Shown: positions 52,660-64,000 of the stretch, piece by piece
How positions within the stretch are numbered: position 1 is the stretch's first letter
How the letters are laid out: the number at the start of each line of letters is the position of its first letter
Origin: Vicugna vicugna
Taxonomy: Eukaryota
Length of the DNA stretch: 64,000 nt
Direction: 5' to 3'
Assembly (NCBI GenBank): GCA_013265495.1
Contig: MU059377.1
Location: 17,703,733 to 17,767,732 of the forward strand
Made by a program: the position numbers and the translations under genes
The notes under the pieces: model-generated
What the model saw: only the letters and a program-made list of their open reading frames with translations
Told to the model about the DNA's origin: nothing
Databases searched by the model: none

Positions 52660-52875
52660 TGACCAGAGAAGCACACGGCCTCTGAAAGTCCCATGGGCTG
52701 CATGTGTATCCTGGCCTCTTCACTGACTAGATCTGTGACCTAAACTATGTGTCTCAGTTTTCTGACCTGTAACGTGCCCAGTGAATAATGTCTACCTCAT
52801 CGGGTTGCTGTAATGATTACCAGAGTGAATATGTAAAAGCATCTAGAAGTGTGTGTGACACACAGTAAGTACATC
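52660..52875 (+). mobile_element. MIR SINE
   Basis: cactgactagatctgtgacctaaactatgtgtctcagttttctgacctgtaa...ctacctcatcgggttgctgtaatgatta. Confidence 0.75.
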
Positions 52876-53291
52876 CAAGCTTTTACCATGTGATTCTTCA
52901 GTTCTTACATCAGCAGAGTGAGAATAACATTTAATACACTAACACATTTGCAAGACTAAGAGAAAAATACATTGTGTCACATGCTAGCTAGTATTTCACA
53001 ATGTTTTTCCTGTTTTTTTTTAAACAATTATTTTATATTAACTTTTAAAAGTCTCTCATGGAGTTCACAAATGCCAAGTTAACTTAGACTATGTTGGCAA
53101 GATAGCAAAAAATATATTGAGAAAAGTAATGAATCCAGGCACTAAGTTATAAGTGACAGAAATTTAGTATCAAAAACACATTACCCATAGGAAATGTTTT
53201 CTCTATTCATCTGCTTTCAATTTCTTGACTTACATTTTCGAGGAGATATTTCTGGAAATTTTTCTGTGCTGTCATTTAGATGACCCACACT

Positions 53292-56200
53292 GAGAGGAGA
53301 GCAAGATGGGGAACGAGGAGGGCACTGAGCTCACCTCCCCCAGGAATGCATCAAAAATACATCCACATGTGGAGCAAGCCTCACTGTAAACAAACTGGAG
53401 ACCGGCAGCAAGGCTCTTACACAACCAGGACTGTCAAGGAGGATCCACTTGGAATCAAGCAGGAAGGGAAGAGAAGCAACTGGGGGAGGACCTGTGCCCC
53501 TGGGAGGGGACACAGAAGAGGAGGGGGTTTCATGGGCTGAAGTATCCTTCCTGGGAGAGTGGGTGGTTTAAACCACATATTAAGCAGCACTCCTCTGAGG
53601 TCCAAAACTGGATAGGTCGCCTTGGCTGCTCTAAAAACCAGTGGGACTGGCAGGGGCACTGTGAGAAACTTGAATTCCACCCATGAAGAGCACACACATG
53701 CTCAAACAAGGTAGAGGAAGAAACTGAGATGGCCCCGGACTCCACCCAGTTCCCTCTGACTGTCCCAGCATGTGCCCCAGCCAGGCCTAGCTTGCTCTGT
53801 GGCACAGCTCCCCACTAAAGGGAAGGCTGCCATAGTGGAGGAGAGTGTGTAGTTGTGGGGACGGAACATGCTTGGGCCCAGCATCACATCCAAACAGGGT
53901 CAGGGCAGTCACTGCAGGCACTTGCAGAGGCAGCAGATGGGAGCAGTCTGCAACTCTGACAGGAGAGCCGGCACTGCCACGGCATGTGACCTGGCCTGCT
54001 CTGGGTGCCACTCTACACTTCTTGCTCCAGCATGGCTCCTCTCTGGAATGGAGGTGCCAATGCTGGGAAAAAGCAGAGCACACACTTAGAAGAAACAAAA
54101 CCAGCGTGGACCAGAACCTCAGGGTTTCTTCTCTAGCACCCTGAGGCCCACCCATGACCCCAGCACAGTGGTACTGGCTGCTGAGCAGAGGAGAGCCCAG
54201 GCTTACCCCTGGTTCTGGCTCCAGCCTTATACTTCCAGACACATCTCCCACCAAGATAGCCAGCACATCCTAGGGGAAGATGTGACTTGTGCTCACTTCA
54301 GATGCAGCTCTCCCAGCAAAGATACTGGACACACACAGGCGGCACAGGGACACTCCCACACACGGAAGCCCCTTCAACGCTGGGACAGGGAGCTCTTTCA
54401 CCTAATTCTACAGAGACAGAAAGAGTTAACCAAAATGACAACATACAGGAATTTCTTTCAAATAAAAGAACAAGAAAAAAAACCTGGGGGGAAAAAAAAA
54501 CCTCACGTAGCAAAGTTTACCAGATAAAGAACTCAAAGCATCAGTAGTAAGATTGCTGACTGAACTTGGGAAAAGAATAGATGTCCATGTAAGAATTTTA
54601 ACAAAGAACTAGAAAATACAACAAAGAACCAGTCAGCACTGAAAAGTAAAATAACTGAAATGAAAATCACGCTGGAAGGAATTAATGGAAGACTAGCGGA
54701 TACAGAAGAATGCTAAGTAATCCACAGGGTGGGATAATGGATAGCACCGAATTAGAACAGCAAAAACAAAAACAAATGTAAAAAATGAGAACAGTTTAAG
54801 GGACCTCTGAGACAACATCAAGCATACTAACATTTGCATTTTAGGGATCCCAGAAGGAGAAGAGAGAAAGGAGTTGAAAATGTATTTTATAAAATGGTGA
54901 CTCAAAACTTCTAGAACCTGAAGGCAAAGGAAGCAGAGAGTCCCAGACAAGGTGAATCTAAAGAGACCCATACCAAGACATTCCATAATTAAAACGGCAA
55001 AAATTAGAGACAGAGGGAAAATGTGAAAGGCAAGAAGAGGGAACAAAAATCACATAGAAGGGAGCCCCCTTAAGGCTGTCAGGTGATTTTCATTCCAAGA
55101 CTTTGTAGGCTTGACGGGAGTGGCATGAGCACTGAGTCCTTCCCTAGTCTATCAAGGCTCGCCCATCCGGTCAAGGTGTGAATAACATCTGGTTCCCTCA
55201 CAGAAGGTCAGGGTGCAGGAGACTCCAGTCTGAGCTCCACTGGTGTGTGCAAGCAAGCTGCATGTTTCTGTGCTTGCATGGACTTCCCTCCCCTCCAGCG
55301 CAGGCTAATACCCAAAACCCCCTGGGGAAAGTGCGTTCTCCAAGATAAATCATATGTTAATCACAAACAAATCTCAACCAATTTAAGAAGACAAAAATTG
55401 TATCAAGCATTTTTCCTAACCACAAAGATACGAAACTAGAAATCAACTGCAGAAAGAAAAAAAAAGGAAAAACAGAAAAATGTGGATACAAAACAACATG
55501 CTACTAAAAAATCAATGCATCAATGAAGAAATCAAATACCTTGACACAAATAAAAATGGAAATATACCTTTCCAAAATCTTGGACACAGTGAAAGCAATC
55601 CTAAGAGGGAAGTTTATAGCAATACAGGCCTACCTCAGGAAATAAGAAAAATCTCAAATAAACAACCTAATCTGTCATATGAAGGTATTAGAAAAAAAGA
55701 AAAGAACAAGCTCTAAGTCAGAAAAAGGAAGAGAGTAATAAAGATCAGAGAGGAAATAAGTAACATAGAGATCCAAAAAGAAAAAAAAAAAAGTGAAGAA
55801 ACAAGCAATAGAAAAGATCAATAAAACCAAAAGCTAGTTTTTTGAAACTATAATCAAAATTGCTAAGCCTTTAGCCAGGCTCACCAAGAAGGAGAGAGAG
55901 GACTTAAGTAAATAAAATAAGAAATGAAGAGAAATAACAACCAATATCACAGAAATACAAAAACATCATGAGAGTACTATGAACAATTATATGTCAACAA
56001 ATTGGACAACTTAGGAGAACCAGATACATTTCTAGACACATACAGCCTGCTAAGAATGAATCAGGAAGAAACAGAAAATCTGAACAGACCAATTGCTACT
56101 AGTGAAATTGACTTGGTAATCTAAACTCAGGAAACTGAAGATGATACAAAGAAGTTGGAAGGTACCCTGTTTTCATGGACTGGAAGAATTAAATTTGTTA

Positions 56201-57945
56201 AAATGTCTATGCTACCCAAGGAATTCTACAGATTTAATGTAATCCTTATCAAAATACTTATGGCATTTTTCACAGAATTACAACAAATGATCCTAAAATT
56301 TATATGAAACCACAAAAGACAGCAAGTAACCAAAGCAAGCTTGACAAAAAAGAACAAAACTGGAGGTATCACGCTCCCTGACTTCAGATTCTACTACAAA
56401 GAAAAAGCAATTAACACACTGTGGTACTGTCACAAAGACAGACATGGATCAATGGGACAGAGCAGAGAGCTCAGAAATCCACAGTTTAGTTTAATCTATG
56501 ATAAAGGAAGCAAGAATACACAAGGAGGAAAGATATGCTCTTCAGAAAGTGGTGCTGGGAAAACTGGACAGCTACATGTAAAAGACTGAAAAAATTAGAA
56601 CATTTCCTCACACTATAGACAAACATCAACTCTAAGTGGATTAAAGACCTAAATGTAAGGCCAGAAACCATAAAACTCCTAACGGAGAAAATAGGCAGAA
56701 CACTCTTTGGCATAAATCATAGCATTATTCTTTTTGATCTCTCTCCTCAGGCGAAGGAAGCAAAAACAAATATAAAAAATGGGATCCCATTAAACTTAAA
56801 AGCTCTCATATAGCAAAGGAAACCAATAAAATGAAAAGACAGCCTATGGAACGTGAGAAAATGTTTGCCAATGTTATGACCCATAAGAGATTAATATCCA
56901 AAATATATAAAGAGCTCACAAAAATCAGTATCAGAAAAGAACCACCACCGAATGAAAAACTGGGCAGAAGTCCTGAATCAACATTTTTTCAAAAGAATAC
57001 ATACAGATGGACAAGAGGCACATGGAAAGATGCTCATCATCTCTAATCATCAGGGAAATGCAAATCAAAATCACAGTGAGATCTCACCTCACACCTGTCA
57101 CAACAGCTAGCATCAAAAAGATCACAAATAACCAGTACTGGTGATGATTGTGGAAAAGTAACACATGTACATTGTCAGTAGGAATGTAAACTGGTGCAGT
57201 CACTATGGAAAACAGTATAGATTTTCCTCAAAAACTAAAAACAGAACTATATATGATCCAGCAATTCCACTCCATGGTATACATCCAAAGAAAACAAAAA
57301 TAGTAAATTTGGAAAGATACATGAACCTCAATTTTCATAGTAACATTATTGACAGTAGCCATTACATGGAATCAACCTAAGTATTCTTAAACAAATGAAT
57401 GGGTAAAGAGTGGGGTATATGTATGTACACACACATACACACACACACACACACACTACACACACACACAGACTACACACACACACACACACACAATGGA
57501 ATATCACTCAACCATAAAAAAAATGAAAATCTGCCAGGTACAGCATGGATGGACCTGGATGGTATTATGCTTAGTGAAGTAAGTCAGACAGAGAAAAGAC
57601 AAATCTCTGTTATCACTTCCAAGTGGAATCTAAACTTTAAAAAAAAAAGAATGAATATAACAAAATAGAAATAGACTCTAAGATACAGAGAACAAATTAG
57701 TGGTTACCAGTGGTAAAGTGGTGTCAGGGAGAAGCAAGATGGGTGAAGGGGATTAAGAGGTACAAACTACTATGTACAAAACAAACAAGCTACAAGGTTA
57801 CACTGAACAGTACAGGAAGCAGAGCCAGTATTTTATAACCTTAAATGGAATGGAATCTATAAAAATATTGACTCAATGTTGTATACCTGAAACTAATATA
57901 TATTGTAAGTCACCTATATGTCGATAAAATTTTTTGAAAAACCTG
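53292..57945 (+). mobile_element. Near-full-span L1 LINE with two large internal deletions (5'UTR, partial ORF1, partial ORF2, 3'UTR)
   Basis: The 5'UTR is homologous to that at 36386. ORF1 ATG at 54435 breaks off at about 55128. ORF2 resumes at about 55330 (end of the endonuclease domain), then jumps at about 56125 from the pre-RT region to the post-RT region. C-terminal ORF2 runs to about 57370 and the 3'UTR to about 57945. All frames are disrupted. Confidence 0.92.
57426..57495 (+). repeat. Compound (CA)n microsatellite within the L1 3'UTR
   Basis: Direct reading of the sequence. Confidence 0.95.
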
Positions 57946-58139
57946 AAAGGTAGAGGAAAGAAAAAAAAAACAGAAAGACTGGGTAAAGGGAGCTTGAATA
58001 TAAGCTTCAAGAGATAGTAATAACTATCTGTACTGTTCACCATAATAACTCTGCTCCTGGCTCAGGGCTTGGAAAAGAGTAGGCATTCAGCTAATATGGT
58101 TAGATGGGTGAATTCATGAACTAAAACTTCCCAGTGCCA

Positions 58140-58330
58140 ACTCTCAGTTAGACTACCAGTTAATTTTCACAAAAACCTTGTGAGATAAATACTAGTATTT
58201 TTGTTTTATTGGTACTCTTTTTATTAGTATTCTTGTTTCATTGACAATAAGAGAGGGTTTCACTAATTTGCTCAAGATAGCATATTATGATATTAGGATT
58301 CAAAACTAAGTCTACACAACTTCATTAGCT
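58140..58330 (-). mobile_element. MIR SINE fragment
   Basis: taattttcacaaaaaccttgtgagataaatactag...ctaatttgctcaagatagcat. Confidence 0.55.
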
Positions 58331-60809
58331 GAAGTTTTTACATAACCACATTAACCACACAAACACTTTGATAAAACTGTGGTCACTGTTCCCAGGGCAC
58401 AAATCTATGGTCAGCCCAGAGGAGGTGAGGAGAGCAGGAGGCTGAGTGATGACCACTTTCCAAGCTGGCTGATTGGGCACTATTCCATCAATACAGTGGA
58501 ACCCTTTGCCTTTGAATAATAAATGGTTTCTCCAACAGAGATTATCATTTAGTTAGGATATACTACCTAAAATTTTGAGCATTCTTTATATCACATTTCT
58601 CCCTATCAGAGCAGATGTAGGCTCATGAAGATCAGTGCTTATAAGGTCAGTCCTTTGGAACAGGCCAGTTCAGGTCTATTAGATTCAATAAGAGAGGAAA
58701 AATCTGTGTCTTAACTGCAAACTGTTGTTTAGAATCAAGTCCAAGCAGACCAGCCCATATCCATCACCCCCTTCAGCCCAAACAGCACAGGTACATGCCC
58801 TGCTGGTGGTGAATCAACAGCACCATCATATACAAGGGCTGCACAAACCTGTGCTGATTACTTGCTGACATGTTGATGGTTGCTACCTATGCTCACAACG
58901 CTATTTCTTCCTATGCAAAATTTATAGCTTCCATTTCCAGAAAGTGCCTATATAACATTTTTCAGTGTTGCCACTTGTTTGGCTGACATCTGCGAATCTT
59001 CTGTCATTTTCTTAACATTTCAGCAGGTTGCTGTCAACATCTCCACCCCAAATTTGGTAGAAAAGTTTTAGCTGTGACGGAGCAGATGCATCCTAATTCT
59101 ATACAAAGTGAGGCTATTGAGCACACAAAGTGTAGACTTCTTCAAGGACTGCATTTACACTGGAGGTGTATTTTTTGATTATGTTAGATAATCAACCGTG
59201 ACTCATTTCCACAGTTTATCAACCCAAGCTTCCTGATTAGAGTTCTCGAGATTTAGGTCTGTTTAGTCATGATTATGTTTTCATACCACAAATTAAAATG
59301 GAAAAGGAAAATATTGTTAAGGGTCAACTACTGAAAGATGATCCAATATACTCAGAATTATACGCCAAGTATTGGAATATCAATAAGCTTGCCTAAGTCC
59401 AAGGACCGTGTCACATGCATCTGTGTGTCCCTGTCTGCTGAACGTATGAATTTTATTTGTACCTTTTTAAACACTTGCGTGAGTCTGTGGCTGTATTAAT
59501 GAAGTATATATTGTGACATTCGAGATGAATCAGCACAAAATTCAGAAAGGTAAATACCCTCTTATCGAAGACTCACCATAAAACCCCACATTAAATACAT
59601 TTTTACACATTTGCCACTACACATTCTCAGACTCAGTATTCAGCTCTTCCTATTAGTAAATCTTAAATGGAAATTTTCATCTAGTGATCAGCATTGCTCA
59701 TATACCCATAAATATTCGGTGTGAAAAAATAGTTAATGATTAGTTATGATTATGGTAAATAATCCTCATAATGGCTATTGATTTTTTTCAATAGTCTGAC
59801 TAGTCTGTTTAAATAGTGGTCAAAGCTGCACGTCATTTTAAATTATGGTAAATCTAAGACAAAGCATGACTTTCCTAATATTCTTGTTGAGACATTCATG
59901 TTTTGATATTTTATATAAAATACATATTTTTTGATTTTTCAAAATATTATCCATGATTTCTAAAGGAAGTACTTTATTTAAAAATATATTGACTTCATAT
60001 TGAACTTATAAAATAAGTTGTCAGAAATAGGTTCATATATAAGCATTAACTAAGGAAGATTTAATTCTTAATAAATATATCTGAATTGATCATATGGAAT
60101 CACATGGACATATTCAAATTAAATCAAAGAGAAGTAGATGGATGCATAGAAGTAAAAATCTATCACTTCTATATGCAGAGAAAGTGCCTATGTGAATTTT
60201 CTCCACCTTACTTAAAGGTTGTAACTCAGAAAAAGAACAAAGAAAAAAAAACCTAATCCACAGTTATATAATAATTATTTAAGTTACTATTTTCTTATAA
60301 AAAAACGAAAACAATTATCAGTCAAGGACAAAGTTACTGCGTTCCATTTCTTTGGTTTGGTATTTATCAGTTCTCTTTAAATCAAACCAGTATTGGCTAA
60401 CATAGATTAGCTGCAGGAAGTAAGTAATAGAGAATTGATACAAAACTACTGTGACAACTTCACTGTAGAAAATGTAAGACTCATCCATAATGTATCCATT
60501 GATTGAAGAAGTATTGAACTTAGCTGTTTCAGCAACAACTTACAGCAGGTTGCAAAGCACTGTGAATTTCCTTTCTAAGTCTACATGTCAGTCTAGGCAG
60601 TAAAGTCACACAACATAGACAGCTCTCTCTCACACTAAATGAGTCAAAAATCACTTTCTTTTCATGTTTTCTATATTTCCTACTCTTTCTTTTATCTAAT
60701 AACTTTTGTGCTATCATATGAATAGAAATCTGCTAAACAGGAGGAGATATCTAAATAGGATTCATGGTTCCTGTTCATGAATCTTAACATTTTAGGTTAC
60801 TTTTCTAAA

Positions 60810-60945
60810 TATTTTTCTTACTGAAGCATATTGGATTTACAATGCTATGTTAGTTTCAGCACAGCAAAGCAATTATATATATATACACACGTACATACAT
60901 ATACACACATATATACATATATATTTATATAAATTTTCAGATTCT
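60810..60945 (-). mobile_element. Artiodactyl-type L1 3' tail with (TA/CA)n expansion
   Basis: tttcttactgaagcatattggatttacaatgctatgttagtttcagc...tatacacac...ttttcagattctt. Confidence 0.7.
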
Positions 60946-61091
60946 TCTTATCAGATCTTATCTAAGCTCTTTTCATAGCTTCTTAAATGGCTTCCTGCTC
61001 TATTCTTTCCTCAGCTGGATTCATTCTCCATTCTGTAGACGGTTTTCTCCGTAACTGTCACTCATCTGTCTATAAACTATTAATGTCTGTT

Positions 61092-61112
61092 ACACACACA
61101 CACACACACACA
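61092..61112 (+). repeat. (CA)n microsatellite
   Basis: Direct reading of the sequence. Confidence 0.95.
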
Positions 61113-61899
61113 CTTCTTAAGTAACATGTAGACCACTAATTCAAGCAAGATCAAGATAATTCAAGCAAGATCAATATTTCTTGATCTTGATTAGTCATTC
61201 AACTATCTGTCTCCATACTTTACAGATGCATTTCCTATGTTTGGAAGACTCTCCCCTTTCCATAGTCTTCTTTCTAAATTGTTCTCGAACTAGTATTTAA
61301 CATTCACAATGTATTTAAAGTTTCCTCTTCTGATTCTAAAATGAATTAGTGGTATCTTAACTCTGAGTTTTCACAGAATTTTATGCATAGCTCTTAATAA
61401 TAGAACTATTATTCTGATTGCTATTATTTTATTTCTTATGCCTTCCTCTCTACTATGCTCCCTGAGGAAATGGACTGAACTTTGACAATATTTGTGTCAC
61501 CTATCACATACCATAACCTGCACATTCTAGGCACACCATAAGGCAATGGTTTTCAAACCTGACTTCCTATCACAATCTGTTGAATGACTGTGGAAGGGAG
61601 AGGGACTTGGGCTAGAGGTGAAACTTTTTTGGGTAGAAAATTTTTTAAAGAACTCAAGTAACTGCACTCCTATTGTGCTTCTTATAAACTAAATACCATC
61701 CTCATAAAGACTTTTGGGAAAATACTTTTATCAAGATTTCCATACATGATAGCACTTCAAAATGTGATTTTGATGAGATGGAAGTTGAAGGAACTGTCTC
61801 AACCATCCACTGTGGCTGAGACTTCACTGCTTCTTGAACTTTCTACAGCTAACCTGGCTATCCAGCTGGTGGTTCTATGAGCATAGTGAGTTTTTATGG

Positions 61900-62160
61900 G
61901 ACTCTTAAGAAACCACTACTACTTATAATAACTAATTTTTTACTGAATATGTACGTGAGGCATAGTTCCAAGCACTCATTAGACATCCAAGTTTCACAGT
62001 AACCGTAAGGGTTATTATCCCTATTTTATGGTTGAAAATATTGAGACTTAGAGAAGGTAAGTAATCCCTGCAGAGTCAGACAGCTTGGAGTCAGGTAGAT
62101 CCAGGGTGAGAACACATGCAGTCCAAGTCTATAACCTGTATTTCTTTACCGCCTTCATGA
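61900..62160 (-). mobile_element. MIR SINE
   Basis: ttattatccctattttatggttgaaaatattgagacttagagaaggtaagtaatccctgcagagtcagacagc. Confidence 0.75.
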
Positions 62161-63209
62161 AAAATCAGCTATGTGACTCATTCAGCACAGTGGGGCCAAG
62201 AGAAGAGCTGAAGATCTCCAAAACAAGAAAAGACTAAAGTAGATCAATAATCCATCTTCGGGAATATAAGTTTATCCTCTAAAAATAATTTTCAAAGTAA
62301 ACAAAGTGTACTTTTTCTCTTGTTAATATCAGGCACCATTTGCAAGGAACTTGACACCACAGCAAATAGACCCACATATGCATACATATGTATATTTTAA
62401 TTTCTTGTAAAAATTCAATTATCCTTGTAAAAAATTTCTTGTAAAAAGTCAAGTAAATATTCTTGTCTTCATGTTAAAGAAAACATGAGTGCCTTGACTC
62501 CAGGTTAATACAGTTAGGAAAGAGTAGACTAGGGACTCACATCAAGGTCTAGAAACTCCAAAGTTCATTATATTTGTTTTCTTTGTTCTTTTCTCCCCCC
62601 AATTTTGATATCTATGTTACTGATAGCTCTCTCTCTGAAGCTGTCAAAATTAAACAGTGGTCTCTTATGTCCCATACTACCAGTCACAGGATAGGAAGAA
62701 GTGAAACAAAAGGGACAGGATACAGCTGCCTAACCTGCTTCAGGGTATATTTATATTTATTGCATGACTGATACTCATTGTTTTATTATGTGATGCTATG
62801 GCATTTCATTCATCAGTCCGTTTGTTTAAGGGCTTTGACCTTTTTCTTGCATACAATGAACTTCCTTGGATCCAAATATACCGAGATTTATACAGTTCAA
62901 TAATCTCTTTGCCAATCCCATTGAAATATGATGCTATTCCTCCCAGTTTTGCACAAATACATTGCAAATCAATAACTGCTTTTTACTTTATTCACTCCAA
63001 ACCCCCGTATCTTGACCTTCACCATGGTACCTGAAGAGTGATTTTCTGTGTATTTCCTGATGTTTTTCTCCTTTAAAAGTAGTAGAACAGCTTGAAAATA
63101 ATTTGCACTAAGTAGCAGTAATACATGAATTGAAATTTATCTGTGAGTTTAGAATTCTCATTCCTTTAGTCAACTGTCTGTATGCATATTTGTACATTTG
63201 CATTTATAG

Positions 63210-63308
63210 ACACTAATGTTTCTAAGGCATCAAAATGTATTGTTCAGTATATCTCTGAAGTTGCAAGCATGATCATACTTGTTAAGAAAATACCACTATG
63301 CCCTGAAG
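63210..63308 (+). CDS. Candidate 99-nt symmetric coding exon (DTNVSKASKCIVQYISEVASMIILVKKIPLCPE), gene unidentified
   Basis: Acceptor tttgcatttatag and near-consensus donor GAAG|gtaagt. Length is divisible by 3, only one frame is open (phase 1-1), and no repeat is recognisable. Protein not recognised. Confidence 0.25.
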
Positions 63309-64000
63309 GTAAGTATTAAAATGCCCGATTTTATAACAATGATGAGTTATCGTCACTGAATTCAAGTTACAGCTGGAGACTGAATTAGCCTAGTAACGTC
63401 CCTTTTAATGATGATGACTTGCAATAATTATCAATGTAGCACTTTACTTCAGAGTCATCTGTTGCAGGTTTTCTGTCAAAGTAGTCTTTCACAGGCAAAT
63501 GAACGTTCTTTGATGTGTTCCCTTTTCTTAGGAGATTTGTGGAAACAAAGTTGAATATCCCTGTTGAGATAGAAAAATTATCTCCTGATTCTATCTCATG
63601 TATGGTGGCATGGACACTGTGATTTGTAGATTCAGTCATTAATAAATATTTTGAATACAAGGACTCTGCTCTTCTTTTCTAAAAGAAATGTATCTTTGAA
63701 TGCTGTTCTACTTTATTAGTGGATGTTTAGTGTTTGAAAGCTCTGGTGCACCATTGTTTTCTTCAGACACTTCAAAAAATTACAACAAGATGGCTGATAT
63801 TGTTGGTTTTGCTGAAAAATAGTAGATAAGGAGGAGACAGGTCAAAATAAGTTTGTTAGCTTGTTCATTGTTAATTGGCTTCCAGTAAGATCTGGAAACT
63901 CTGAGAAATACTTCTATTTCACGTCAGTTGTAAAAGCAAAAAGCTTGAATTCCGAGAAACTCATTTTTTCATAAACAATGAGTTCACATCTAGAGAGATG

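Noticed and set aside
55245-57668. ORF-track peptides resembling a reverse-transcriptase protein
   Set aside because: Fragments of disrupted L1 ORF2, not a host gene.
1-64000. Many isolated GTAAGT donor-like sites, CTCF-like matches, and any CRISPR or prokaryotic system
   Set aside because: GTAAGT is expected on the order of 20 times per strand by composition alone. The CTCF-like matches (e.g. near 25295 and 40165) miss several core positions. There are no regularly spaced repeat-spacer arrays or operon-like ORF density, and the DNA is mammalian.

Overview
This is AT-rich, repeat-dense mammalian nuclear DNA, almost certainly camelid (alpaca/llama/camel). The basis is three vic-1-type tRNA-derived SINEs and camelid-type L1 3' tails. 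The window looks intergenic or intronic. I recognise no protein-coding gene, true tRNA/rRNA gene, CpG-island promoter or CRISPR array, and most track ORFs are chance frames or lie inside repeats. Identifiable content: two large L1 remnants with intact 5'UTRs (36.4-38.5 kb and 53.3-57.9 kb), short L1 3' tails, older L1M/L2/MIR fragments, several MaLR (MLT1) LTRs, an ERVL LTR+gag remnant (48.5-50.7 kb), hAT-type MER fragments, microsatellites and a 135-nt assembly gap. I did not find a convincing new biological system. The best-supported oddities are mutational or retrotransposition footprints: a twin-primed inverted L1 tail, a three-layer nested insertion containing a copy of neighbouring DNA, an L1 missing both catalytic cores and carrying a foreign filler, and template-switch quasi-palindromes. 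Weaker, unverified signals are several well-formed candidate exons, coding-like DNA at the right edge and a few transcription-factor motif clusters. Repeat subfamily names and most boundaries come from visual recognition and are approximate.
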